Shown: positions 25,472 through 35,445 of the stretch, piece after piece
Layout of the letters: each line of letters opens with the position of its first letter
Numbering within the stretch: position 1 is the first letter of the stretch
Source of the DNA: Scyliorhinus canicula
Lineage: Eukaryota
DNA length: 64,000 bases
Direction of reading: 5' to 3'
NCBI RefSeq assembly: GCF_902713615.1
Contig: NC_052158.1
Location: forward strand, 36,819,729 to 36,883,728
The notes under the pieces: model-generated
What the model was told of the DNA's origin: nothing
Seen by the model: the letters and a program-made list of their open reading frames with translations, nothing else
Databases searched by the model: none
Position numbers and translations under genes: made by a program

Positions 25472-25779
25472 GGTAAAAATGGGTCCCCGGAAAAAAAGTT
25501 TGAAAAACACTGCTCTACTTCCCCCTCAATTATTTCACTTTCTGACTTTTTTCTCCAGTTCCCACCCCCCTGCCACACTAATTTAAACCATCCCGTGTGA
25601 CACTAGCAAACCTCGCAGCCAGGATATTTATGCCCCTCCAGTTTAGATGCAACCCATCCTTCTTGTACAGGTCCCACCTGCCCCAGAAGAGATCCCAATG
25701 GCCCACTCATTATAAATTCCAGCAGCACATCTAATATCTTTTAGTAACAAACAAGTCAATTGCTTTCTTATTGTGAAAT

Positions 25780-26340
25780 ATTATTCTTGACTTTGAAATA
25801 TTTATTGAATACAGTTCTTGGGTTAAATATTTCTTCTTTTGATCTTACTCCAGGTGTAAAACAGGATGCATTTCACCAATTTCTGCTTCAACAGTGTTTT
25901 TTTTCTGTTATGAGTTTCAAGGTCAATTTAACAGATATGTCATTCAGCTTACCGTTCTAAAATGATAGCACTCCATTGCTTTCGGTGTCTTAGGAAAACT
26001 AAAGAATAATGAATGTTGCACATCACTTTGAATATATTGATCATATTTCAGTTATCACTTCTATTTCTGTTTCTCAAAGTGCTTTTAGATGTTCTGTTGT
26101 TACTCTGTCTATGAGTTGAATTTTTCCTGTACTCCAATTTCAAATCATTCTTTTCCTCTGATATCATAATGTTTGGTTCATTATTTGCCTCTATAATCTT
26201 GAGGTGTCCCAGGATTTGGGTCATCATATTCTGCCCATCTTCTTGTCACTACATTGTCTTTAGACAATATTGTCCCATCTTTATCTTTTATGCACTTACT
26301 ATCCATTGTTGTCTCTTTATTTCTGTCCTGATTTGTCCCG
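25780..26340 (-). mobile_element. RTE-clade LINE fragment
   Basis: CIKDKDGTILSKDNVVTRRWAEY and KAMEC..FRTVS-like RT pieces. Confidence 0.55.
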
Positions 26341-27893
26341 CATAGAACCCATAGCTTCTTTCCAGCTCCAATAGAGTTTTTACAGCAGAGAAAGAGGCCC
26401 ATTGTGTCCACGCCAGCGATCAATCATCTATCTGCTCCAACCCTATTTTCAAACACTCAACCTATAGCTTTGTCTGCTGTGTCATTTTCAGTGCTAATTG
26501 AAAGACTTAAATGTTGCAAGGGTACCCGTCTCTATCACCTTTTCAGGCAGTGAGTTCCAAATCCCAAACACCCTCTGGGTGAAAAGGATTTTCCCTCACA
26601 TTCCCTCTAAATCTCCTCCCCCTTAGCATAAATCAATGCGGCCTGGTTATTGACCCCTCTGCTAAGAGGGAATATTCCATCCTATCTACCTTATCTATGG
26701 CCCCTCATACTTTTTACACTCAATCACTTAGCCTTCTCTTCTCCGTGGAAACAAATATTAGCTGTACAGTCTTTCTTGATAGCTGAAATGCTGCAGCCCA
26801 GGTAGCATCAGCATCATCTCTAGTGCAAACCCTTCCTTTAGTACGGTGAACAAACTGCAACTATGGCTGAACAAGCGGTTTATACAATTCCATCATAACC
26901 TCCTTGTTCTTATATTGTATACCTTGCTTAAAAAAGGCAAGTATTTCATAAGTTTTCTGAACAACATTATCTACCTGTCCTGATGTCTCCAATGACTTAC
27001 GGACATGTATACCAAGGTCCCTCTGAGCTTTGACAAAGAGTCATCCAGACTCTAAATGTTAGCTCCCTTCTCTCTCCACAGATGCTGTCAGACCTGCTGG
27101 GATTGTCCAGTGTTTTCTGTTTTTGTTTCAGATTCCAGCATCCACGGTAATTTCTGGTCCTCTGTACTTCCCAGGGTCCCACCACTCATTGTATGTTCCC
27201 TTGTAGTCCACCCAAGAGGCATAACCTCAAAGTTTCAGGGTTAAATTCAATTTGTCAATATTCTCCCCATCTAACCAGCCGATCTATATCATCCTGTAAT
27301 CTAAGGCTTTCCCCCTGGCTATTTACCACGCCACCAATTTTTGTGTCATCTGCAAATTTACTGATCATACTTCCTACATTTATGTCCATATCATTAATGT
27401 TCTCTTCAAAAATCAAGGGACCCAGCACCGATCACAGTGGAATACCACTGGACACAAACTTCCAGTCACAAACACAATCTTTGGCCATCACACTATGCCT
27501 CCTGCCACTAAGCCAATTTTGGATCCTTTGTGCCAAATTGCCCTGGATCTCATGACCTTTTACCTCATGACTCATCTCCCATGCAATACCTTGTCAAAAG
27601 CCTAACTGAAATCCATGTAGACTACATCAACTGCATTACCCTCATCTACACACCTCATCACATCCTCCAAAATATCATTCTAACATGATCAAGACGATCT
27701 CTCTTTGACAAAGCCATGCTGACTATCCTTGATTAATCCTTTTCTCTCTAAGTGGAGATTCATTCTGTCCCTCAGAATATTTTCCAATACTTTCACTGAA
27801 GTTAGACTCACTGGCCCGTAATTTACTTGTTTATCCCTTCTTGAATAATAATACCACATTAGCTATCCTTCAGTCCTCTGGCACCTCTCATAT

Positions 27894-27990
27894 GATGTGG
27901 AGATGCTGGCATTGCACTGCGGTGAGCACAGGAAGAAGTCTTACAACACCAGGTTAAAGTCCAACAGGTTTGTTTCAAACACTAGCTTTC
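27894..27990 (-). mobile_element. Short, older terminal-repeat fragment of the young PLE family
   Basis: tgatgtggagatg...aagaagtcttacaacaccaggttaaagtcc...cactagctttc matches 33463-33560 with substitutions and is truncated inside the hammerhead. Confidence 0.8.
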
Positions 27991-28590
27991 GTGTTAGACT
28001 TCTTACCTCTCATATGGCCAGGGAAGATTTGAAAATTGTCAGAATCTCTGCAATCCATGCCTCCCACAGCAGTCTTGAATACATTTCATTTACCCTGGGG
28101 ATTTATTCACTTAAGCCTGGTAAATCAATTAATATTTCTTCCCTCTCAAAGTTAATTTGTTCAAGTACTTCACAGTTCCCCTCCCTGATTTCTGTACCGC
28201 CATCATCCTTCTGCACAGCAAACACAGATGCAAAGTATTAATTTAAAACCTCACCTATGTCTTTCAACTCTGCAGGGGCTGTTTAGCTCACAGGGCTAAT
28301 CGCTGGCTTTGAAAGCAGACCAAGGCAAGCCAGCAGCACAGTTCAAATCCTGCAACAGCCTCCTGGAATGTGGCAACTAGGGGCTTTTCACAGTAACTTC
28401 ATTTGAAGCCTACTTGTGACAATAAGCGATTTTCACACAGATTGCTATATTGGTTCCTAATGGACCCGATCCTTTCCCTGGTCATGCTTTTGCCCTTAAT
28501 AGCCTTAAAAACACCTTTGGATTTGCCTTTATTTTACCACAGTAAGAAGTCTTACAACACCAGGTTAAAGTCCAACAGGTTTGTTTCAAA

Positions 28591-28625
28591 CACGAGCTTT
28601 CGGAGCACGGCTCCTTCTTCAGGTG
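28591..28625 (-). ncRNA. Minimal type-I hammerhead ribozyme in the PLE terminal repeat
   Basis: cac-CUGAAGA-a-GGAGC-cgu-GCUCC-GAAA-GCUC-gug: complete core, 5-bp stem II, palindromic AGCU in place of stem III. Confidence 0.8.
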
Positions 28626-28770
28626 AATGGAAAGGCTTGTTCCAGAAATGTTTATATAGACACAGTCAGAGATGCCCCGGAATGCGAGCACCTGCAGGCA
28701 ATCAAATCATCAAAGATGCAGAGAGAGAGGTAACTCCAGGTTAAAGAGGTGTGAATTGTCCCAAGCCAGT

Positions 28771-30741
28771 TCAGTCGGTAGGCCTCTGCAAGTCCAGGCT
28801 TGTTGGTGGGGGCCGAATGTAATGCGACATGAATCCCAGATCCCGGTTGAGTCCGCATTCATGCGTGCGGAACTTAGCTATAAGTTTTTGCTCAGCAATT
28901 TTGCGTTGTCGCGTCTCCTGAAGGCCTCCTTGTAGAATGCTGACCCGGAGATCAGAGGCTGAATGTCCTTGACTGCTGAAGTGTTCCCCAACTGGAAGGG
29001 AACAGTCCTGCCTGTTGATAGTCGCACGATGCCCGTTTATTCGTTGTCGCAGTGTCTGCATGGTCTCGCCAATGTACCACGCTTCGGGACATCCTTTCCT
29101 GCAGCGTATGAGGTAGACTACATTGGTCGAGTCGCACGAGTATGCGCCGCGTACCTGGTGGGTGGTGTTTCCACGTGTAATGGTGGTGTCCATGTCGATG
29201 ATCTGGCATGTCTTGCAGAGATTACCCTGGCAGGGTTTTGTGGTGTTGTGGTTGCTGTTCTGAAGGCTGGGTAATTTGCTGCAAACAATGGTTTGTTTGA
29301 GGTTGCGCGGTTGTTTGAAGGCCAGTAGTGGGGGTGTGGGGATGACCTTGGCAAGATGTCCATCCTCGCTGATGATGTGTTGGAGGCTGCGAAGAAGATG
29401 TCGTAGTTTCTCCGCCCCAGGAAAGTACTGGACGACGAAGGGTACTCTGTCAGTGGTGTCCCGTGTTTGTCTTCTGAGGAGGTCGGTGCGGTTTTTTGCT
29501 GTGGCGCGGTGGAACTGTCGATCAATGAGTCGAGCGCCATATCCCGTTCGTACGAGGGCATCTTTCAGCATCTGTAGGTGTCTGTTGCGCTCCTCCTTGT
29601 CTGAGCAGATCCTGTGTATACGGAGGGCTTGTCCATAGGGGATGGCTTCTTTAATGTGTTTCGGGTGAAAGCTGGAGAAGTGGAGCATCGTGAGATTATC
29701 TGTGGGCTTGCGGTAAAGCGAGGTGCTGAGGTGACCGTCCTTGATGGAGACGAGTGTGTCCAAGAATGGAACTGAATTTGGAGAATAGTCCATGGTGAGT
29801 TTGATGGTGGGATGGAACTTATTGATGTCATCGTGTAGTCGTTTCAGTGATGTCTCGCCGTGGGTCCAAAGGAAAAAAATGTCATCGATGTATCTGGTGT
29901 ATAGCATCGGTTGAAAGTCCTGTGTGGTGAGGAAGTCCTGTTCAAACTTGTGCATGAAGATGTTGGCATATTGAGGTGCAAATTTGGTCCCCATGGCTGT
30001 TCCATGCGTCTGGATGAAGAATTTGTTGTCGAAGGTGAAGACGTTGTGGTCTAGAATGAAACGGATGAGTTGCAGAATTGCGTCTGGAGATTGGCAGTTG
30101 TCGGTGTTGAGGACTGAGGCTGTTGCAGCAATGCCGTCGTCATGGGGGATGCTGGTGTAGAGTGCCGAGACATCCATTGTGACGAGGAATGTTCCTGGTT
30201 CAACTGGTCCATGGGTGCTGAGTTTCTGTAGGAAGTCCGTCGTGTCGCGACAGAAGCTGGGTGTACCTTGTACGATGGGTTTCAAGATGCCCTCGATGTG
30301 GCCAGAGAGGTTCTCACACAGGGTCCCATTGCCTGAAACGATAGGACGGCCTGGTGTGTTGGCCTTGTGTATTTTCGGGAGGCAGTAGAGATCTCCAATG
30401 CGGGGATTACGTGGGATGAGAGCACGTAGGGTGTTCTGAAGGTCTGGATCTAAGGTCTTGATCAGTCTGCTGAGTTGGCGGATGTGTTCCTTGGTTGGAT
30501 CTGCGGGTAACTGCCTGTAGTGTTCCTGGTTGTCGAGTTGTCGGTATACTTCTTTGCAGTAGTCTGTTCTGTTCAGTATGACGGTGGCCCCTCCTTTGTC
30601 TGCTGGTTTGATGACGATGTTGCGGTTGGTCTTGAGAGTGCGGATGGCGTTGCGTTGTGCTTGGGTGACGTTTGAGGCTGCCTTGTGATTGCGAGTGATG
30701 AATCTGGCATTGACATGACTTCTGACGGCTTGAGCATACAT
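28771..30741 (-). CDS. Penelope-like reverse transcriptase-GIY-YIG endonuclease (656 aa, N-terminally truncated)
   Basis: IKPADKGG, YCLPKIHK, GTAMG, RYIDDIF (RT); C..C..C linker; NVVYLIRC..C...WYIGET (GIY-YIG); GLNRD C-terminus. Confidence 0.93.
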   Translation of the reverse strand: MYAQAVRSHVNARFITRNHKAASNVTQAQRNAIRTLKTNRNIVIKPADKGGATVILNRTDYCKEVYRQLDNQEHYRQLPADPTKEHIRQLSRLIKTLDPDLQNTLRALIPRNPRIGDLYCLPKIHKANTPGRPIVSGNGTLCENLSGHIEGILKPIVQGTPSFCRDTTDFLQKLSTHGPVEPGTFLVTMDVSALYTSIPHDDGIAATASVLNTDNCQSPDAILQLIRFILDHNVFTFDNKFFIQTHGTAMGTKFAPQYANIFMHKFEQDFLTTQDFQPMLYTRYIDDIFFLWTHGETSLKRLHDDINKFHPTIKLTMDYSPNSVPFLDTLVSIKDGHLSTSLYRKPTDNLTMLHFSSFHPKHIKEAIPYGQALRIHRICSDKEERNRHLQMLKDALVRTGYGARLIDRQFHRATAKNRTDLLRRQTRDTTDRVPFVVQYFPGAEKLRHLLRSLQHIISEDGHLAKVIPTPPLLAFKQPRNLKQTIVCSKLPSLQNSNHNTTKPCQGNLCKTCQIIDMDTTITRGNTTHQVRGAYSCDSTNVVYLIRCRKGCPEAWYIGETMQTLRQRINGHRATINRQDCSLPVGEHFSSQGHSASDLRVSILQGGLQETRQRKIAEQKLIAKFRTHECGLNRDLGFMSHYIRPPPTSLDLQRPTD

Positions 30742-30815
30742 GTCGAGTCTAGGGCAGCGGCCCTATTTTACCAGTCAGTTTATTTTACCAGTCAGTGTTT
30801 TGTCTGCTCCCTCTT

Positions 30816-30990
30816 GAAATGAAATGAAAATCGCTTATTGTCACGAGTAGGCTTCAATGAAGTTACTGTGAAAAACCCCCAGTCGCCACATTCCGGCGCC
30901 TGTCCGGGGAGGCTGGTACGGGAATTGAACTGTGCTGCTGGCCTGCTTTAAAAACCAGCGATTTAGCCGAGTGAGCTAAACCAGCCCCTG
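30816..30990 (-). mobile_element. Short SINE ((atttc)n-tailed subfamily)
   Basis: rc of gggctggtttagctca..ggttcaattcccgtacc..aagcgattttcatttc. The same family occurs at ~28273, 38695, 41397, 41735, 43100 and 57784. Confidence 0.75.
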
Positions 30991-32249
30991 GTCACTCTCT
31001 TAATTAAGTAATCCACTGCACTTTCTTTGCTCCTCTGGGGCTTCCACTGTTTTCCCTTTTTTCCTTACCCAACCCTGGATATCCCTTGACATCAGGGTTC
31101 TCTGGATTTGCTACTCCCATCCTTGACCATTAAGGGGACTTGTTGGTCCTGTACTCTCGCCACTGTTTTTGAATGAATCCCATGGTTCTGACGTAAATTT
31201 TTCAACAAGTTGCTGCTCCCAGTCAACTTTCACCAGATCCTGTCTTATCCTATTAAAATTGGGCTTTGCCCAATTCAGAACTTTTATTTATGGTCCATCT
31301 TTGTCCCTTTTCATGACTACCGTAAATCCAAAATACCCGACACTGAAACTTCTCCACTTGACTAGCTTCATTCCCAAAAGCTAGGTCCAGCACCCCTCTC
31401 TTGTAGGACTTTCTACCTTTTGGCATAAAAAGCTCTCCTGGGTGCATTAAACATTTCGGCCCCCTCTAAGCCATTCAGACTTTGACTCTCCCAGTTAATA
31501 TTGCGGAAGTTGAAGTCCCCTATTCTTACACTATTATTTTTTGCATTTCTCTGAGTTTCCTACATATCTGCCCTTCTATCTCTCCCTGACTGTTTGGGGG
31601 GCAATGGTAGAGTTCCAGAAATGTTATTGCCCCCTTTTTGTTTCTATGTTCCATCCTTTTGGCCTCATTTGTGGAATCTATTAAGATATTATCCTTCCTT
31701 CCTGCAGTAATTGAATAGTGGATCAATTTTGAGACATCACCGCATCTTTTATACCCCGCCCCATCTTGCCTGATATTCTATACCCCGGCATACTGAGCTG
31801 TCAGCCCTGTCCCCCGCAACACGTATCTGTGATAGCAACAATCACATTCCAATGTGTTATCAACACCTTCAACCCATCTGCCTTACTCACAAGACTCCTT
31901 GCATTAAAATAAATGCCATCCAGCCTTGCCATATTCCTCCCTTTTGTCTTCACTTGTCTATCTTCACTGCCTTCCAGACTCATGTTTGTTTTTCTCTACC
32001 AGGTACAGCATCACCCTCTACTCTACCTCCACTCCATATCCCACCCCCTGCCAAATTAGTTTAATCCCATTTCCAACAGCTCTAGCAAAATTCCCCGCAA
32101 GGATGTTAGTTCAGTTCCAGTTCAGGTGAAATCCATCCAACTTTACAGGTCCCACCTTCCCCAGAAATGGACCCAGTGATACAGAAATCTAAAGCTGTCC
32201 CCCTACACCATCTCTTAAGCCACACATTCATAGAAACCCTATTGAGGAC

Positions 32250-32650
32250 TTGAGGGACTTGAGGCTGTTTTCATTAGAGAGAAGAAGGTTAAGAGGGGAC
32301 TTAATTGAGGCATACAAGATGATCAGAGGGTTAGATAGGGTGGACATCGAGAACCTTTTTCATCGGATGGTGATGTCCAGCACAAGGGGACATAGCTTTA
32401 AATTGAGGAGAGATAGATATAGGACAGATGTCAGAGGTAGGTTCTTTACTCAGAGAGTAGTAAGGGCGTGGAATGCCCTGCCTGCAACAGTAGTGGACTC
32501 GCCAACACTAAACGCATTCAAATGGTCATTGGATAGGCATATGGACGATAAGGGAATAGTGTAGAGGGACTTTAGAAGGGTTTCACAGGATGGTGCAACA
32601 TCGTGGGCCGAAGGGCCTGTACTGCGCTGTAATGTTCTATGTTCTATAGT
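32250..32650 (+). mobile_element. Young 5'-truncated CR1 3' end
   Basis: LRLFSLERRRLRGDLIEAYKMIRGLDRVD..GRFFTQRVVRAWNALP, then an atgttct tail. Confidence 0.85.
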
Positions 32651-33462
32651 GCAGAAGGAGGCTATTCGGCCCATCGACCCTCTGAAAGAGCACATTACCG
32701 CCCCTCCAAAAGAGCACCCTACCTAGACCCACTCTACCCCCATAACCCCACCTAACATTTGGACACTTGGGGGCAATTTAGCATGGCCAATCCACCTAAT
32801 AAGCACATCTTTGGAATGCGGAATGAGCAGTGGCTGTGAGACAGCAGTGCTAACCATTGTACCACCCTGCCCTCACCATTCATCTGCTCTGTCCTATTCC
32901 TTTTCACACAGGCACGTGGCACTAGGAGTGATCCTGTGATTACAACCTTTGAGGTCCTATTTTTGAATCGGCTATCTCGCTCCGTGACGTGTTGCAGGAC
33001 GTCATCCCTCTTTCTACCTATGTTGCTGTTACCAATGTGGACCACAACTTCTGTCAGTTAGCTCTCCCACTTCAGGATGCCTTGCAGCCATTCAGTGACA
33101 TCCTTGACCCTGACACCAGGGATGCAACACAGCATCCTGGAGCCATGCCTACTGCAACAGAAACACCCATCTGTACTCACTGTTGAGTCTCCTCACATTT
33201 TTGCTCGTGCACTGTTTCACCTCCCACCTTGCGGGAACCACCGACAGTGCCATGAACTTCAGCACACATCTCATTCTGCCAATATTCCTTACATGCATTA
33301 CTTTATTTTCAATGTCATCATAGACATATGTTTCTTTTCTTTCCCCTTTCCAGCATCATTGTATCTAATCTGTCAACTTTTCCTTTTTTTAAAAACAAAT
33401 TTTGCGAAGAGTGCTGTATTTTCCTTTCAATCTTTGCTGCTTTCCATGTGCTTTCTATTTTT

Positions 33463-34450
33463 GATGTGGAGATGCCGGCGTTGGACTGGGGTGAGCACAG
33501 TAAGAAGTCTTACAACACCAGGTTAAAGTCCAACAGGTTTGTTTCAAACACGAGCTTTCGGAGCACGGCTCCTTCTTCAGGTGAATGGAAAGGCTTGTTC
33601 CAGAAATGTTTATATAGACACAGTCAGAGATGCCCCGGAATGCGAGCACCTGCAGGCAATCAAATCATCAAAGATGCAGAGAGAGAGGTAACTCCAGGTT
33701 AAAGAGGTGTGAATTGTCCCAAGCCAGTTCAGTCGGTAGGCCTCTGCAAGTCCAGGCTTGTTGGTGGGGGCCGAATGTAATGCGACATGAATCCCAGATC
33801 CCGGTTGAGTCCGCATTCATGCGTGCGGAACTTAGCTATAAGTTTTTGCTCAGCAATTTTGCGTTGTCGCGTCTCCTGAAGGCCTCCTTGTAGAATGCTG
33901 ACCCGGAGATCAGAGGCTGAATGTCCTTGACTGCTGAAGTGTTCCCCAACTGGAAGGGAACAGTCCTGCCTGTTGATAGTCGCACGATGCCCGTTTATTC
34001 GTTGTCGCAGTGTCTGCATGGTCTCGCCAATGTACCACGCTTCGGGACATCCTTTCCTGCAGCGTATGAGGTAGACTACATTGGTCGAGTCGCACGAGTA
34101 TGCGCCGCGTACCTGGTGGGTGGTGTTTCCACGTGTAATGGTGGTGTCCATGTCGATGATCTGGCATGTCTTGCAGAGATTACCCTGGCAGGGTTTTGTG
34201 GTGTTGTGGTTGCTGTTCTGAAGGCTGGGTAATTTGCTGCAAACAATGGTTTGTTTGAGGTTGCGCGGTTGTTTGAAGGCCAGTAGTGGGGGTGTGGGGA
34301 TGACCTTGGCAAGATGTCCATCCTCGCTGATGATGTGTTGGAGGCTGCGAAGAAGATGTCGTAGTTTCTCCGCCCCAGGAAAGTACTGGACGACGAAGGG
34401 TACTCTGTCAGTGGTGTCCCGTTTAACCTGGTGTTGTAAGACTTCTTACT
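33463..34450 (-). mobile_element. Penelope-like element copy 2 with an inverted terminal segment
   Basis: 33498-34422 matches 28540-29464 (offset 4958; ORF-track translations identical). 34422-34450 is the reverse complement of the terminal repeat. TSD ctttctatttttg at 33451-33463 / 34449-34461. Confidence 0.93.
33549..33583 (-). ncRNA. Minimal hammerhead ribozyme, second copy
   Basis: Same sequence as 28591-28625. Confidence 0.8.
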
Positions 34451-34599
34451 TTCTATTTTTGTTCTTGGATCTCTGTTGTTATTTGAAATTATTTCATTAA
34501 CAATTTTTTCCCTTCATGATCATTCCTGCTTCTCGGCAAGATTTTGCATTGGAAGGAAATCCAGGTTCACAGCTTGGAATATTTTCAGTTGTTTCTCGG

Positions 34600-35010
34600 T
34601 CTGCAAGTCAGCTGCCGCCCATGACATCATTCGGCACAGGAATATGCGCTGATGTCATCGTCCGTCCGTCCCGGAGAGGTCGCGCGTGCGTCTTTCCGTA
34701 ACCGTGCGCCGTTGCCTTAGCAACAGCCCGTTTTCGGCGGTTGATGATCGGTGTTTTTGGGTGGGCTGGCGGCCGCCGTGCTGGGCCCTGGGGCAAGCTG
34801 CTGTGGGCGAGGCCGACTGAGGCAGGGCTGATTGGTTGGTAGCCGCCAGTTTTCTGGTCTGCGGCCCTTGGGTCTGACATCGTGCAGACCATCCGAACGA
34901 GGAACTCCTCGGGCTGCAGGTCCCTGTGGCGGCGGTAAACCCCATGACCCCGGGCTTTGTGAAGTCACTGACAGAGGGCGGTGACATGGGTGCCGTTGGC
35001 AACAACGGAG
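34600..35010. promoter_or_regulatory. CpG-rich promoter-like island with RFX X-box, CRE-like sites and CCAAT box
   Basis: Locally dense CpG. GTTGCCTTAGCAAC 34711-34724, TGACATCA 34622 / TGATGTCA 34650, CTGATTGGTT 34828. No similarity to the window's repeats was noticed. Confidence 0.5.
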
Positions 35011-35127
35011 GAACAGGAGAAGGGCCTTCAGCACCTCGACTGCCCTGCCATTTAATGGCTGATTTCTGATCCAACAGCATCCTCATGCCGAGGTCCCTTA
35101 TCTCTTAATCCCTGGTAAATATTCTCC

Positions 35128-35445
35128 CCATCTCGGTAGCACAGTGGTTAGCACAGTTACTTCACAGCTCATGGGCCTCAGGTTCGATTTCCAGCTTGGG
35201 TCACACTCTGTGCGGAGCCTGCATGTTCTCCCTGTGTTTGCTCCGGTTTCCTCCCACAGTCCAAAGATGTGCAGTTTAGGTGGCTTAGCCATGCTAAATT
35301 GTCCTCCGTGTCCAAAAAGGTTATGTGGGGTTACTGGGTCACGGGGGATGGGTTGGAAGTTGGGGATTAACGGGGTGCTCTTTCCAAGGGCCGGCGGAGA
35401 CTCGATGGGCCAAAAGGCCTCCTCCTGGACTGTACATTCTATGAT
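35128..35445 (+). mobile_element. HE1/V-SINE-like SINE
   Basis: ggtagcacagtggttagca head, ggttcgatt B-box, attctatg tail. Confidence 0.8.

Larger units (their letters stand above)
24700..25512. mobile_element. Non-autonomous hAT (Charlie-like) MITE
   Basis: Imperfect TIRs caggcattgtcaaagt / (rc) cagtgtttttcaaact. 8-bp TSD ctctattt (24692-24699) / ctctactt (25513-25520), a TCTA-type hAT target. Confidence 0.75.
23390..25740 (-). mobile_element. CR1 LINE ORF1 end and endonuclease, interrupted by the hAT MITE
   Basis: LKCIYFNARSITGKADELRAWISTWNYDVVATT.TWL (24467-24742); SDFNFPYIDW (23763-24227). Confidence 0.85.
28540..30763 (-). mobile_element. Young 5'-truncated Penelope-like element, copy 1
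   Basis: Uninterrupted RT+GIY-YIG ORF, 3' terminal repeat with hammerhead, TSD tattttacca (28530-28539 / 30764-30773). Confidence 0.93.
26370..33240 (-). mobile_element. CR1 LINE (3' tail, RT, EN, SGNH-like ORF1) hosting several insertions
   Basis: Collinear minus-strand pieces: tail ~26370-26990, RT ~27160-27890, EN DGIYFNARSLVSKAD (31801-31983), ORF1 VHIGNSNIGRKRDDVL..RTSKVVI (32752-33045). It may be more than one copy. Confidence 0.65.

Noticed and set aside
24979-25578. 199-aa minus-strand ORF over the MITE
   Set aside because: It is an antisense read-through of the 23-bp repeats and the P-protein fragment, with no domain signature.
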